A stretch of 64,000 bases of DNA from Azolla caroliniana (GCA_043228905.1 JBHGNT010000004.1:2852001-2916000), one strand, 5' to 3'; counted from the stretch's first letter, positions 14,640 to 30,202 are shown. The notes: generated from the sequence alone by a model not told the origin. Numbers and translations are program-made.

Positions 14640-16300
14640 TCTGGGAAAGCAAGAAAGAGATTGACACCCCCTTATTTATTCAACCAATTTACAAGGAAGA
14701 GTGGTTTTCCCTATTTCCAACAAATTTCCTATTTTGAGGCCCTAGGTAACATAGTTTTCACATTTCCAACAATTCCCCTAGTTTTAGGCAAGGTTTTATT
14801 TGAGAGGCATGAAAATTCATGTGTTAGTTAGTTGTCAAATTACCGAAGAATGATTTTGATTCTTGATGGAGTAGATTCAAGGTTTTCAGAATTTGGTGCT
14901 TCCCAACCATCAGTTGTGCGTGGAATCATAACCTAGTCATTTATAATGTAGCAACCCTGTTCTTTTGAAGGTCCACATTGGACATAGAAGCATTGAAAAA
15001 AAAATCTCCAAGCACACTAATACAATCTCTCAAAATATAATGTGCTTGTCTTTGTCCTAAATAATGACGAGTCATATATTAGGGATATATTCAACGCTAA
15101 TGACACAACTATCTATCTCTTTCTAGAATTTTCACTCATCCCCCCATCTGTACTTATTTACATACACGCACGCAGACACTCATGTTGCCTCACTTATTTC
15201 CAATGACATGGCACTCTATTATCCTAAATATCTCCACGTAGTGTAGGGGTATTCGACTAATTGTAGTGATATTGACATAGCCAACATGACTCCGCCAATC
15301 TATTCTCTCTCTCTCATCCCTTCTTTTTCGGTCTTTGCCCTCTTCCTTTTGGACAATATGATCATACTTTGTGTCCTTCGTGTTCAAGTCAAGAGATTAA
15401 ATAAGCATTTGTGAAAACGAGTGGTGGTACAAAAATAAGAAATACATTGTGGATGTGTGTGTGTGTTATAGTCTCCTCCACTCTCCATGTACAAAAAAGT
15501 AAAATTTCAACATAGTGTTGGTGTTTCATCCTACCTCAATTATGGACCAAATCTATTAATGATGAAGTGCTTGATACGTGATGTAAGTACGAAAAGAAGG
15601 TAATGAAAGAAAGAAAGAATGAATACATGGATTGATGAATATGTAAATATCGGAAGGGAAATTACCAAAAAAATGCTCATTACGTTTTCACCAAATCACA
15701 AAAACACTTCGACACAATTGTGAACTGGCCAAGAGTATACTCTAGAGGTAGGTTGTTAATAAGAGAGCTATGAGATTAGTGTGTGCGCACACATACAACC
15801 CCTCCAATCCCCTTAGCCTTTACATGCGTTTTTTATATTTTAAAACCTCTTTGTTTTGGTTGCATGAATACACCACCACCCCCCTGAGTTTTTCCAAAAA
15901 GAATTAAAGAATTATAGGGATGCCCCATGCGCGAGGTGTCTACGAGAGTGGTAAACCTTGAACAGTGTCATTTTACTTTTGGGTTGGCAGGCGACCAATG
16001 GGTTAAGGATAACATGCGAAGTGTGCGAGTGACATGTTAACATAAGCAAGTACACGAGAGGGAGAAATATCGCACCAAGGTTCCCCCTGGTGTTTTTCTG
16101 CTTCTTCTTCTTCTTCTCAGTTTTCCGAGGTGCCACTTTGAGGAATAAAACGGTGAGCATCGTAACAATCATCATCGCCATCGCCATCATCATCATTTGT
16201 TGGTGTTGTTGTTTTTGGTGTTATGAGAAGCATGAAGGGGCTAGAAATACAAATTAAGCAAAAAATGAAAAAGAAAAATGGTAGTGATAAGGAAACATTA

Positions 16301-16329
16301 TGTATGTATGTATGTATGTACATATATGT

Positions 16330-16360
<31 letters not shown>

Positions 16361-16507
16361 AGAGAAAGTAGAGAGAGACAGAGAGAAAAGGGTTGGGGGG
16401 TGATGGTGGGGGCCTCCTGTTTCTGCTGCTGCTGCTCTAACTGACTCTACTTCTACTGCTCTCTCTCTCTCTCTCTCTACCCTTCTTCACTTCCTCCACG
16501 TGGCCAC

Positions 16508-16545
<38 letters not shown>

Positions 16546-17621
16546 GGTGTCTGCTCACTTTTCAGTTCAGTTCTGTGTGTGTGTGTGTGTGTGTGTTGAG
16601 TCTGCTTCCTTTCTTTTTTGTGTTAAGATCCTTGTAAAGACCCAGTAAAGAGCTCAAAAGAGGAGTGAGGGGGAGTTAACTTAGCTTAAGCAAAAGAAGT
16701 CTGTAGAGATCTATTTGGAAAATTAGAGAGGTAGGGTTTGTTTGTGCTTCCTTTACTTCCTTCTTCTTCTTCTTCTTCTTCTTCTTTTTTTCTGTAAATG
16801 ATTGGGTGGATTTGATTGATCAGCCTCCCTCCTTCTCCTTCCCCCTTCTCCTTCCCCCTTCCCCCTTCTGACCTGTCTGTGTCTGTGTCTGTTCATTAAA
16901 TATATACATATACATGGTACATGGAGTAAAGCCATACATACATACATACATACATACATACATACTGATACATACATAAAAGTAAAAGAGAAGCAGCTCA
17001 TTATTATAGATAGGCATGCACGATTTACAATAAATACTTTTCTCCCTTCTCAGTAAAAAAAAAAACAAGAAAAAAGAGAGAGAAAAAAACAGAGGAAGAA
17101 GAAGAAAGGAAAAGAGGAAAAAGAAAAGAAAAAGGACCGCCATATACATACATACATACATACAAACATAGCTCAACAATTGAATTCATTTATATCAGAA
17201 ATCTTAAGAATGAAATGAATGAATGTTAATAATAAATAAATAAATAAATAATAAAAATAATAATAAATAGTAATAAAGAATAGCATACTAAGATAAAAAA
17301 GAAGAAGAAGAAGAAGAGAATAACAAATGTGGGCGTGAGGGGTACTTCTCCCTGCAGTGAAACTCTCTCTCTCATCTAAATGAATGACAGACAGTGAATC
17401 AAATTAAATAAATGTATTTTTGCTCTTTCAATTTCCTTTTCTTGTATGTATATATGTATGTGTGCAATTGCTTTTTTTTTGTTTTTTTTTTTACTTACTT
17501 ACATCTATCTACTACATATGTATAATGTATGTATGTATTCATTTGCTCTGTAGTTCTCTTTCCTTTTTTCTTTTCTTCCCGATCAAAATAATTTGCCAAG
17601 GTTAATAATTGTTGGGTTCTT

Positions 17622-17665
<44 letters not shown>

Positions 17666-17960
17666 GAGTAAGAGTAAAATTTGAGAGACACAGAGAGAGT
17701 AGAGAGAGAGTAGAGAGAGAGAAGGATATGGTTCTAGGATCTGACGCTCTGATCTCTGCACTCACCATGTACTGCTGCTGCTGCTGCTGCTACTGCTACC
17801 ACTAGCTAACACCTGCAGAGCTGCCATAGCTGCAGAGCTCTCCATGTTCTCACTCTCACTCTACCCTCTCTCTCTCTCTCTCTCTCATGCTCTGTTTCTC
17901 TCTCTCTCTCATACTCTGTTTCTCTCTCTCTCTCTCTCTCTAATGCTCTGTTTCTCTCTC
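16301..17960. repeat. Microsatellite-dense region upstream of the Dof gene: (TATG)n, (GA)n, (CT)n, (GT)n, (CTT)n, (CTG)n
   Basis: Simple repeat tracts visible directly, e.g. 16301-16385, 16510-16545, 16575-16596, 16933-16978, 17628-17720, 17773-17799, 17865-17960. Confidence 0.85.
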
Positions 17961-19846
17961 ACGGGAGTCTCGCACACACAACAACAAACCCTTCACGATC
18001 ATCTGTACTTTTACCACAAAAAAGAGAAAATGAACTCATTAATAATTTTTGTAATTCCTTTCTTTTCAAAAAAAAGAAGGAAATAAAACCCAATTTGCTT
18101 TAAATCTATACATATTTATTATTTCTATAAGGGATAAATTAAAATAATACTATTATGAAATAAAATAAATAAATAAATAATAATAGAAATACTTGCCCCC
18201 CCCCCCCCCCCCCCCCATCTCCATATGCTGCTCTCCTCAGTCATTATTTACCCCTCTCTCCCTGCTCCTCCTTTTTCCTTCTTCCTTTCATTTTCTTTCT
18301 ACCTCCATACTCTTTCTTAATTAGGGTTTCCATGATAATACACACCACACCCTCCACCAAGCTCATACCCTTTCATTATAATTCACTCTATACCCTTCTC
18401 CCCTGCCAATTTAGACCCCCTCCAATTTCTTCTGTATTATTATTATTAAAATTCTTATGATTAATTAAATTGCCCTTCAATTGTAATCTGGTTACCCCCT
18501 AATACGGTAACCAGATTTTGGTTGGACTCATTAATTTAGAAGGTTCTGGCCATTCTGTATTGTTTAATTTCGTTGCAATTACAGTCAATAATGAGCTACC
18601 TCACTGTTCTCCCTCAATAATTCCTTTGATATATGATTCATATTCAGCTTCAGGCTTTAATCTGCATCTTAAGCTTTAACCATCTCCACTAACTATATAT
18701 AAAATCTATGTATTATTATTAAGTTTCTCTCATCAGTTCTTGCCGCTGAGGATGAAATTTGTACGAATAATATATATAGATACATATTCACATTGACAAC
18801 AAATTGAAAATAAATTACTTGAGTAATTTTGAGAGGAGCTACTAGCTATACATTATACATATTTTTCCAGCTGGTTCACTAAGCAGAAGCAGAAGAAGAG
18901 GAAAGCAGGAAGAGGAGGAGAAGATAGCAGCTTTAAACAGAACCTTCCGGTCCACATTAGAGGTGCACAGACGGGTCATCATCATTATTTATCATTGTTA
19001 GCTGGGCGGATCTAATTGCCCATGAGTAAGTAGTAGACAGTGTTCTTTCTCTCTCCTTCTAATGTGACCTCTAAATTATTGACTAGAAAAGAAGTTACAT
19101 GGCAACTACAGAGAATCAGTTAAGAGTGTGATATGTAAATGAGCAACTGGATGATGATGGTCAGGATCATGAGGATTAAGTAATCATCATAATGTATGTA
19201 TGTATGTACCTTAAGATTCTTTTCTTTTCTTTTCTTTTGCGGCCATGGCTTGCTAAGCTCATTATAAGTTCTGCCCTAAATTCTAGATCTCAGGCATATC
19301 TCTCTCTCTCCCTTCAGTGGGAACTGCATCCATCATCTTCAGAATGTTGTAGCAGTCAGAATGAAGGGGAAAGAAAACATGTTTTCAATTTTAGCTTAAT
19401 AAATTTGGCCAAATACATACATACATACATACATACATACATAGTCTGAAGCAGCTCCAGCCTCCAAATTTCCTTGTTTGCATATAATTTCCAGCTATAT
19501 TTTTTATATATATATACATATGCCGCTGTCTAATTTGCACTGACCTTCCAAAACAATTGAGGCAAATTAAAAAGGAAGGAAAACCAAAGGATATTAAGCT
19601 AGAAATCGATCCCAAAAAGATTAAAAGAAGAAGAAGAAAAGAAATTGTGTGTATGGGTATAGTTAAATCTTGTCAAGAGAAAGAGAATTAAGCAAAACAG
19701 AGAATTTCATTTAATTAAGTATACTTCCAATTTTATTTTGTTGTGGGTTTGTTTGATTTACTTTTATGAGCTTCTAATTAATCCCCTTAGGGGTGGGGTG
19801 GCATTGTGTGTGGGTGGGGGGGAGGGGTGGATGAGAGTAGGATGCA

Positions 19847-21247
19847 ATGCAAGTGCCGAAGCAAGCGGAGGGAGGAGCAGGCGGAGGAAGTAACGGCACA
19901 GCGGGAGGCGGCGGGGGCACAGCGAGAGGAAGCGGAGGAAGCGGAGGAGGAGGAGGAGGAGGAATTGGAGGGCCCGGAGGGACCGGAGGAGGCGGTGGTG
20001 GGCCGCCCCCTGCCCAACGCTGCCCTCGTTGCGACTCGGCCAACACCAAGTTCTGCTACTACAACAATTACAGCCTCCTGCAGCCGCGCTACTTCTGCAA
20101 GGCGTGCCGGCGCTACTGGACTAAAGGGGGAGCCCTACGCAATGTCCCCGTAGGAGGCGGCTGCCGTAAGAACAAGCGGACACCCCCCGGAGGAGGACCC
20201 AACCACAATTCCATCCTCTCGGCCCACACCGTCTCGGCCGGCAATCTCGGCATTAACCACCGCTCCGCCCAGCAGCTCCTCCAGCAACTCTCTAATGACC
20301 ATCACCACCACCACCGTAGTAGTAATAGCAGTAGTCTTATGCCCCCGGCTTCCGCGTCCTCCTCATTCGACCATATCCTTACCGGAGGAGGAGTAGGAGG
20401 AGGCGGTAGCCACCACATGTACTCCACCCCATCCTCCTCCTCCATCCTCAATAGCCCCAACATTCATTCCCCGCAGGGCCCCCCCGCCGCCTCGGCTTTG
20501 AGCTTGATGCAGCCCAACAATCTAATCCCCCCAGGACTCCTCAATTATAACTTCAACCATTTCCCTCTTCCACCCCCTCCTCCTCCTGCTCCTCCTAATT
20601 CGCATAGCGGTGTCTCAGATCTAGCTGAACAGCTCAATCTCCGACACATGACACCCCCGCATTTCATCTATCCGCCACCGCCTGGCGGTGGCGGTGCCCA
20701 CTTCTCTCTTCCGCCCGCGAGCTTGAATATGAACCTGCACCCCGGCGGAACACCCCCACCGCCGAACCTCTTCCACAATGCCGCCGCCCCTCCCGATCCC
20801 TCGGCCCAGCAACATCTGGGCTTTAATCATAGCGGCGCGGCCCATCCCGAGAATTACGAGCACCTGGATCTCACTGACACTACTACTACCACCACTACTG
20901 CTACTAGGCCTAATGGGGGAGCTGCAGGAAGTCATGGGGGATTTAAAGGGTTTAGCCTCGCGGCCTTCGATCCCAGCGGTGGTGCCGGGGGTACCCTCAA
21001 TTTCAGCAATGTCAGCGGATTACAACAGCTAATGATGCGCCCCAAATCGGAAGGGGAAGTGGGCAACAATGGCGGCGGCGATAATGCTAATAATTACTGG
21101 TCCCATCATGAGAATGCAGGTACTCATCATCAATGGCATGATCACATGAATCATCCAGCTAATAGTGGCTATAATCACAGTAGTAATCATAGCAGCAGCA
21201 ATCATCCTCCATCCTCAAGTGATCATAATCACCCACCATTTCTCTAA
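19847..21247 (+). CDS. Dof (C2-C2 one zinc finger) transcription factor
   Basis: Canonical Dof domain [53 protein letters not shown] in a 466-aa, GC-rich ORF with Gly/Pro/His-rich regions. A probable splice acceptor at ~19790 suggests an upstream (UTR or short coding) exon. Confidence 0.96.
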   Translation: MQVPKQAEGGAGGGSNGTAGGGGGTARGSGGSGGGGGGGIGGPGGTGGGGGGPPPAQRCPRCDSANTKFCYYNNYSLLQPRYFCKACRRYWTKGGALRNVPVGGGCRKNKRTPPGGGPNHNSILSAHTVSAGNLGINHRSAQQLLQQLSNDHHHHHRSSNSSSLMPPASASSSFDHILTGGGVGGGGSHHMYSTPSSSSILNSPNIHSPQGPPAASALSLMQPNNLIPPGLLNYNFNHFPLPPPPPPAPPNSHSGVSDLAEQLNLRHMTPPHFIYPPPPGGGGAHFSLPPASLNMNLHPGGTPPPPNLFHNAAAPPDPSAQQHLGFNHSGAAHPENYEHLDLTDTTTTTTTATRPNGGAAGSHGGFKGFSLAAFDPSGGAGGTLNFSNVSGLQQLMMRPKSEGEVGNNGGGDNANNYWSHHENAGTHHQWHDHMNHPANSGYNHSSNHSSSNHPPSSSDHNHPPFL

Positions 21248-21273
21248 TAAACTAACATTATATTCCATCACAT

Positions 21274-21306
<33 letters not shown>

Positions 21307-24300
21307 ACTAGTGAGGTAGAGTGAGTGAGTGAGAGAGAGAGAGAGAGAGAGAGTACATTAATTTCCAGTTCAATATATGTCATGACTATATTGCTGATCA
21401 TAATCATGGATATGGTAGACACCATTGCTATTATTATTATTATTATTTCTCAATCTGTAGAGTAGGGCTTTTCAATTCAATGTTTTCATCTCCTCTCTCC
21501 TCCTCCTCCTCCTCCACCGAGTCATATGTATGCCATGATCAAAGCTCATATTAAATTAATTATTATATATATAATTAAGACAGTTCATCGATTAATTTAG
21601 GGTAAAAGCCTTAAACACATTACAAAAAAAAAAAAAAAAAAAGCAGCCAAGAAATTTAATGAAGTTGTTCGTTTCTCTCTTACATATTTGCTTTTTATCC
21701 TTTGTTGAAATCTAATTCTTGGGTTTTTCTTGGTCTGCTTAGTATGAATTTTTTGAAAAGCAATTAATTATATGTGTGTACATAACATAATACATAGCAT
21801 GATAAGAATACAGAACATTAATGATGAAGATGATGATGCATGACTGACTGATGGCCACACCTGTTGTGTCTGGTCATGAAAGTCATATAATTAATAATCA
21901 TCATCCTAAAAAAACAAAGAAGAGATACATATACATATTATCAGTGGATGGCTATTATTGTTCTTGTTTATTGATATTCTCTCTGTTTTGTTTTGTTTTT
22001 TATCAATTGCTATTAGTATTAATGAATGATGTGATCTTTAATTTGAAAACCTTTGTAACTAAAGATTTGTAACACAGATTGATAGATCTCAAAATGTCCA
22101 TTCTAAGGTTTGTTGATTTCATAAAAATAGAATCATACTCTCTTTTGGTTTTCTCTTGTGCTTTAGTAATTAAGTGAAAGTCAGATCAGTTTAGTAAAAA
22201 GGAATGGAGGTGAGAGGCTAACACAGACAGACAGACAGGCAGAAGGGGATGTGAACCCTGCACCTCTTTTTGAGTACAGACACAGACACAGACACAGACA
22301 CAGACACACTCACCATAGTCATGAAAAAGCAGAAAGTGCCCTTTCCTTCTCCTCCTCCTCCTCTTCCTCCTCCTGTGTATCAAAATAAAAAACTGTACAG
22401 AAATCTCCATTTGCTCACATGAAGCATCTCATCTCTCACTGCACCAAAAAGAAGAAGAAGCAAAAGCCAAAATGTGACCATGTGATCATTCAAAACAGCT
22501 CTCACATGCCAACTCCACTTCAAGCCACACATATACATTTTGGGCCTGATTTCTTCGAATCCCAAACCGAAGGCAATCCCGATCCTAAATATCGATCCCT
22601 GTCTTCACCTGTGATATATATACAGTTCCATTCTGTGATATATGCAGTTCCATTCGACGATTAAAATGTCGAAGGCGATGCGTAATTTGGCCAGCTATAT
22701 ATATATATATATGCAGTTCCATTCGACAAAATCTCCCATCTGTCTGTGTTTTGGTCCCTTGATATGTGTATAGTTCGATTCGAGTACACAATTCCAGCTT
22801 CTTATAACTGTATCAAAAGAATATTGTAGTGCTAAATCATCATATCAAGTAAAACGATACGCTTAATGACAATGCCAATTTCAAAGTCCTTGCCTTGCAA
22901 ACAAACGTGAGTATTCATTCTAGTAGAATTGTTTCCATCCAGTACAGTAATCAAATTCTAGTGAATATTATTCCTAATTTGGATTCGCAAGATTAAGAAG
23001 ATTGAGTCGATTAACCGTATGGTTGTAACCCCATTTACTGCAAGATTAAATCTTAAGTGTAAAGCAGAGATTATGAATTAGAAGTTGTTGTATGGGCATA
23101 TTATTCACAAAACCAATAGCATTTTGATATACTAGACTGCCAATATGGAAGTTCTTAGTTTTTGTATTTTATTTATGGAGATATGTATGTGATTATAAGT
23201 TGGGGGGTTTTCTCGAATTGGAAATGATTAAGCCGGATCTTCATGAGTTTACATGCATATATATATATATATATATAATCCACATAATTATAATGATATT
23301 TGTGCGCATGTGTGTGTATACAGTATACTGTTAAGTAGTTATGCAGGATGAGGCTTCAAAGTGAATGTCATTCTTGTGTGTGTAGATTTGTTATGAAATT
23401 GAGGAATGTTAAATGTACATGAGCTACACCTAATCATTATAATTTGGCCATTATAATCTAGTATGTATTGGAAATGAGCAATCGAGTCTCTCACTTTACA
23501 AATTAGACTTGCCATAATAGCCCATACACACAAAATTATGAGATCAAACAGGTGTCATGACAACCTCATGCCTATAATTGATATAGGCTAATTACAATTA
23601 TTAGTAGTACCTACATAGGTTCATCACCCCACATGTAATTACTATAAGATTGTCCAATTGGTACTTCTTATGAAATTTTGTACATTTGCCATTCTAATGA
23701 CAATCTTAATGTTTTGACGAAAGTTCATTGATGATTTACATTGCGATTCGAAACATTTTGTTCTTGTTGGAATTGTTTGTTCGCCTTACATTGTTCATTT
23801 GTATGGATTAAACTAGGTTGTAAATGGAATTAGAGGTTACATTACCAATGCAAATGTTGTCATTGAGACTTCTAAATTGATCTCGTTGCTTTTACACAAT
23901 TACATCAACGCAAATGTTGTTTTACATGTTTTTTCGAGTTGAATCATACATAAATCCGACTAGTATATTTTTTGGGGGGTTCTCTAACATGACTAGCTAT
24001 TATTATTTTCGATTATGAATTATAAATGTATGCGAAAATAGTTTTCGATATTTAACCTACTATTAACAAGTTTATGATATTCTACAATTACTGCATGGAC
24101 GGATTTGAGTCATTCTAATGAGACCTTTAAGATTGCATTCAAAAGAACACTATTTGCTTAACTATAATAATGACATTGAGTTTTCCCATGTAAAAAATAT
24201 TTGTACAGGCCGAGTAAAATTTTGTTCATTTTCTAAGGGTCTTGACTCTCTATTGGTCAAGGCGATCATTTTTCCAAGGTTTATGATCATTACTATCCTT

Positions 24301-27300
24301 AGACTAGAGAAACATATAGAATTTAGACCTTTACTTATCGAGGCTTCTACTTAATGGAGTGAGTCTTGTCTAAATTTTGCAACTGAAAGGGTTGGGTATT
24401 CGTGAGCACTAGTTTGATATACTTCAAATATATAATCAATATGTCAGGATTTTTGCAACTCTTTTTGCATACTTCAATATTGCATTCGATAGTTTACATT
24501 ATTTGAATGTACTTTGATATTCGGGGGGGGGTCCTCGATATGACATAGGGAAAGGGGGTTGGTTCTTCAAGGAAACTAGGGAACGGGGGAGACGGGGGTG
24601 GGGTTGTTAAAGTAAGATATTATCAATTTTAAGTTCCAAGTGGATGATGCATGATCATTTACTCTTACAAACTTTAGAGGAGGAAAAAATATATGAAAGG
24701 AGGGGTCTATGAAAACACAATTTAGAACTCATATAAGCCAGTCCATGCATTAACACGTGGGCCGGAACTCCTATGCACATCGGCCATTAGCACACACAAT
24801 ACATAGATTAGGAGGCTTCCTCAGTAATCATGAGGGCCAATCGATTATTATTATTATATGGAGACTCTTCGGTAAAGTGAGTACACAATGCCAAGGTCTT
24901 AACCTCTTAGTGGGCATCTTGCCAATTTTTTTATTATTCCTTCCAATGATTCTCACCTCGATTATGCTTATCGTATTTCGAGAAAAAACATTTTTTTAAA
25001 AACTTCACATATATCAAGAATGTAGATTTTTATCTAACATGATAAAAACATTAAATTTTGAAACAACGGCCTCGAACAAATGACTGACTAGGTTGTATCT
25101 GCATATTTTGTTAATGCCCTCTAGTCTTGATCTATAATTCGTATGTCCAAGTGCAAAACATTTAGTGGAATTTAATTACCAATGCCATCTGTTACATTGA
25201 CAAGTTACAACATACCAAAGACATATTAGAAGATGACACACGGTTCCACATATGGGCATATGGTGATAAATAATAAAATAACTATTATTTAAAATCATTC
25301 ATATTGTTGGTGTGGTATAGGAATGCATTAAAGGCTCATCCAGTAATATAATCATCATGTACAAGGTGAAACAGAGATGGTAAGGAGCGTTGTGAAGGGT
25401 GCATAGCATTCACATGGTGTGATTGTCATATGGTTGGTTTTGCAAAATTCTTGTTTGGCACAATTGGAGCTAGTCCATTTTTCAAGGCTTGGAAACTGGT
25501 GCCTATATTCATCGTGTTTTCCTTGCCTGCGGTGTTGAAGAGGACACTACATGTTTCCATCAAGTTTTATTAAATCTACAAATCGTCAGTAACTATCCGC
25601 TATGTGCCATGGATCCAAATACATAATACCAATGTCAAAAGGATTTTTGATGCATTGAAGATTATAGCATCCATAATTTTTTCTAATTGGAACCCAAAAT
25701 GGACTTCAAAATTGATGTGATACCATCACATTGACTTTTTTAGACCTAGAAAACACACTTAAAACAAGTTTCCTTATTATGACACACCTGCACCTAACCT
25801 TCCCAAACATCACGATTATCATCATTGAGGCATCATACAAAATGTTTCATTGTAAATGAGCAAGTCTTGCTTGAAATATGGAGTTCTACTACGTTTTTTT
25901 ATGATGATCTACCACACATTGCTCAACACAACTAGACATTATATTTCAAGATAGCTTTATGAGTTCACTTTTTACTGGAGTAGGTAAATTGCAACAAATG
26001 AGAAATTGTTTGGACAAAGAGCATGTACATGAAAAGTTGAAACTTACGGTTTCATAATAGACTTGTAAAAGATTCTCTATTTTCTCAATCAAAGGAGGTA
26101 ATTGTTGGATGGCCGAAGTAACTAAGCTACACTTGCCAAACTTATCCTTCGACCTATATAAACCACATTGGCATTACCAATATTCAATATTAGTAACAAA
26201 TCATATTGACCTTTATAGGAGTCAATATTGATTTATCCAATATTGACATTTATATAAATCATATTGTTGTTACCAATATTGATTGGGAAAATTTGCACTT
26301 GACATCGTGCTTTACAAGTTGGGACAACATTCAATAGGTTTTCTTAGTAAGAAGGGAAGATGTGTTGTAAGAATATCCACCCTAAACCTTGACATTACGT
26401 TTTATAATTGGCTAGATTTGGTGTCCTAGTGTAGCAGAGGAGAAATCATGAAAGCCAACCGCTAAAGATATGAAGGATCCATAATGTAATTCATGAAAAC
26501 GAATCGGTAGTAAGTTAGGAGTACAAGTGCAATATTTATCCAAAGAAAAATTAAAGGCACCCAACTTCAAAGGTAGCAAGATAACGTAGCTCTAATTTTG
26601 CTTCTAACGAGTTGGATTGATGATTGTAAGCAAATATCTGAAAAAACTTAAATTTGGTAGAGAAAGTGAATAGAGAAAAAAACCTTAGTGTTTTCTACAA
26701 TGAATCTTACCCATGGAATGGTGACTCCAACCAATTTTTATCTTTCATACGGATGTTACTCATTATTGGTCAAGATACATCAAAACATGTTTTCGTATAC
26801 CCAACTTCACTACAATTTGTTTGTCTTGGGAGGTGCATTATTCACTTTTATCCCATAGGAGGTGCCTTTCCCATGTTTTCAAATCACAAGCATGTGTGAT
26901 TGATGTTGTGCTCATAAAAGTCAAAAACTTTAAAATTTGCCCTTTCATATTATCAAAGTAGCATTAATCCTACACATTCGTGCATAGCACATTTCCTTAA
27001 AGGAGTCCTTTGTGTTGTCTTGTGAGAGGTGCATTTTTCATGCTTTTGAATCATGGATATATGTGATTGATGTTCCATCACAAACACTCAAATTCTAGCA
27101 TAATGTCCTTCCAACTCCACCACTTCACAATCACTTTTTCTTATGAACCAAAACCGCGAATAAAATTATTGAGTAAAATTTGAGTATATCAGTGTAAAGA
27201 ACCTAAACAAACGTAGCTTGAAATGGTATGAAATTGGTGTAAGGCAAATATCACTTTTCAATGATGATAGGATCAAGCGATGCATACATACAAGGAAGGG

Positions 27301-27599
27301 AAATTTAATAATCAAGCACTATTATCTCCAAGTTCATGAACGATCATTCACAAGATGATTAACCAAATAGGTTACTAAGACAATATAAAAGACCTAATTT
27401 ACATTAATCCACAAGTTTTAGTCCTTACAATGATAGCTATATAATTTTTGGAATAAAACAATGTTACCAAGACTTAGACTATTACAAGAACAGTATCCAA
27501 TCAATGATCCGTTTACGTAGCTAGATAAATTAATCCACATAAATATATTACAACAATTGCATGAGAGATTGTACATGACTGGCAATATGGAATACAATT

Positions 27600-28442
27600 T
27601 CATTCCCCATCAGATATATATGGACAAGAACCATCCTCAACATTGGCTAAAGGGTTGAAGAAAGGATTCTCTGGGTCTGTACATCCGGGCACAAGGTCAA
27701 GATCACACCGCTTGCCCTGTTTTATATTAGTATTATTATAGACAGACGGAACTTCCAAAGGTTACCACATGGTCAAAAAGAAAGCATTAAATTCAAACAA
27801 TACGACTTCTAAATCCTACCCCTTCATGAATTAAGCTGGCAGGAAATACACAACGGTCTTGAACAAAAGCTGAATCAGGAAAGATTGCATTTTCACAGGC
27901 TCCAACTTGAGATAATTCTTTTGCTAGACCCTGTTATTACAGAACTTATAAGATGCATCAGCAAATATAGGAACTACACATTATCATATGTTAGAAGTAA
28001 CATCAGCAATCATTGACTTTGCCAATGGTTTCAAAAAGAATGTTTTTTCCAGAAGGCAGTTGAGCGAGCTAATGTGCAAAGTTTTTTAAAAACATATGGT
28101 TTACTCAGAATAGCACACAAGAACTGAACCTCATTGAAAAAAATATTTGGTTGATTCCTCCATTTCTTCGGAATTTCGAACTTCAGTTTGTAGGGGCCAT
28201 CCCAGGCCTTCCCATCCGTAAACGAAAACTCTAGTGTCAATGCTGCAGATAAAATGCAAATGGTGAAGTGATTGTTATTTAGGCATAAGCTTATTACATA
28301 AAGCATCCAAAATATCAACACAATGTTAATGAGAAACATACAGACTTAAATAGAAAGTTAGGGAAATGTGCCCGTTTACAGTGCCATGATCATGATTGGT
28401 CTTTCAAAATAGCATGTAATAGAGGAATGATGCGCATGTATA

Positions 28443-28475
<33 letters not shown>

Positions 28476-30202
28476 ATGAAATCAATTCAAAGCATCCCCC
28501 GATGGTCATTCCAAATAACTTGAGTTAGATAATATTTTATGTGATTTTTCCATCTCTATTTAATTGAGTCATAAATTCCGGAATCTTTGAACCATATTTT
28601 TTTGTGTAGCAGTCCAATAGATGAGTGACCATGAAAAAATAAACGAGTAAAAGATTATATACCATAAACCTTAACTGACATAGATTATACATCATGTATA
28701 GAGAGCTAAACATTTGTACAAATGTCAAGAATTTCAATGTCCCCACCAAAAATGAAACATGAAATTTTACAAATATTCGCTACTTTGAAGTATATTAATA
28801 TGCTAAATAAAAACTATAATAAACACACTGACTGACACAACATTACTGGTGCCAAAAGATACTAACCATGTAGCGGAACATTGATCTTAATTGTATAAAA
28901 GGGTGCACAATCTGAACCCCTGTCTCTTCTTGTCATCACTCTTGGCTCTCCACCACACATGATGGGTTGATTGAAGCCACCTAGGAAGAACATGCCATTA
29001 TTTATTTGAACTCATTCTCTAAAACTTTGACAGGGAAAAAACGAAACTAGAGGTTGAATGTTTAAAATGAGTCATCATACCATTGAATGCAATCCCATAT
29101 TCTGCAGATGGAACGAGTTTGCTCGCACTTGGGTTGAAGAATATGGTGAGGGACTCTCCCTGAATGAAAAATCGTATGAGGGGTAAGTTCTTAAATCTGA
29201 TCAGATCCACTAACTTAACCATCTTCCATATCAATAATTGGAAGGAAAGGTTGTTAAGCCAATTGGAAGGAAAGAAACAATAGATACAATATTATACCGA
29301 TGCAGGTGGCCGTCCATTAGAAGTTTCCCAGAAGACTGATCTGTTGCCCATCTCAAACTCAGCCCAAAGAGGCAAACTATATGCATAAGCAGCACAGAGT
29401 TTTGCGAAGAGTGAGAAATAAGTTGCCTCGACTCTCAATAGAAACCTGTGCTATGTTCACTATATAGGAAATAATTCTATTATCTTTCCTCTCAATACAA
29501 AAAGCATCCTTGGTGCTCTATATAAAAATTATCGATTGTGCTAATTCAATACAATTGGCGTTTTGTAAATGTTCTATCTTTCTATTTCTCCAAACTCACG
29601 CTTTCCTTAACATACTGCCCTCTACATAACAAAATCATCCTTGTTGCTCTATATAAAAATTATCGATTGTGCTAATTCAATACAATTGGGGTTTTGTAAA
29701 TGTTCTATCTTTCTATTTCTCCAAACTCACGGTTTTCTTAACATACTACCCTCTATATAACAAGCTCTCGCTGAAGATTTATGAATGTTTGCATTACTTT
29801 AGTTCATAATGAGAGAGATTGGGAATACTCACGAAGTGACAGATTCAGATTCGACTGCCAAGGTTGCATATATTCTTGTTGGTATCCATGACCCTCGTCT
29901 TCCCAGACTGCATATACCTGGAAGCCTTTTTCTGAGAACTTATGAACACATACATACATGCACACACAAACTTTATCTATCTATCTATCTATCCCTGTCA
30001 ACACACTGTTTCTCTACCTGTCAAAGACCTCCTCTGTTCCTCAAGGAAGGAAAGGGATCGCAAAATGAGAAGAAAAACGAGGGTGAGAGAGGGAGGGAGA
30101 TCAATTACCTGGATGGTTTTTCGCTGTTCTGAAGCAGGATATGGAGGAGCTAGGCAAGCTTCCTGTTCGAAGCATCGCGCCATGAGATATGGCAGAAGCC
30201 AT
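27600..30202 (-). CDS. PIFI: POST-ILLUMINATION CHLOROPHYLL FLUORESCENCE INCREASE (PIFI)-like chloroplast protein, 8 exons
   Basis: Manual splicing from ATG 30202 ([20 protein letters not shown], transit-peptide-like) gives [81 protein letters not shown] and [29 protein letters not shown]; stop at 27600-27602. Confidence 0.9.
29495..29762. repeat. ~131-bp tandem duplication within PIFI intron 2
   Basis: CTCTATATAAAAATTATCGATTGTGCTAATTCAATACAATTGG... starts at 29516 and again at 29647. Confidence 0.8.

Noticed and set aside
17620-17725. CT/GA fold-back as a miRNA precursor (miR156/529-like)
   Set aside because: Pairing comes only from simple repeats; I could not recognise a mature miRNA sequence.
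19774-20935. Pro-rich and Ser-rich antisense ORFs over the Dof gene
   Set aside because: Shadow frames of GC-rich, low-complexity coding sequence.
29998-30183. ORF-track start at 30183 for PIFI
   Set aside because: Wrong phase for splicing to the conserved exons; ATG 30202 gives the correct phase and a transit-peptide-like N-terminus.
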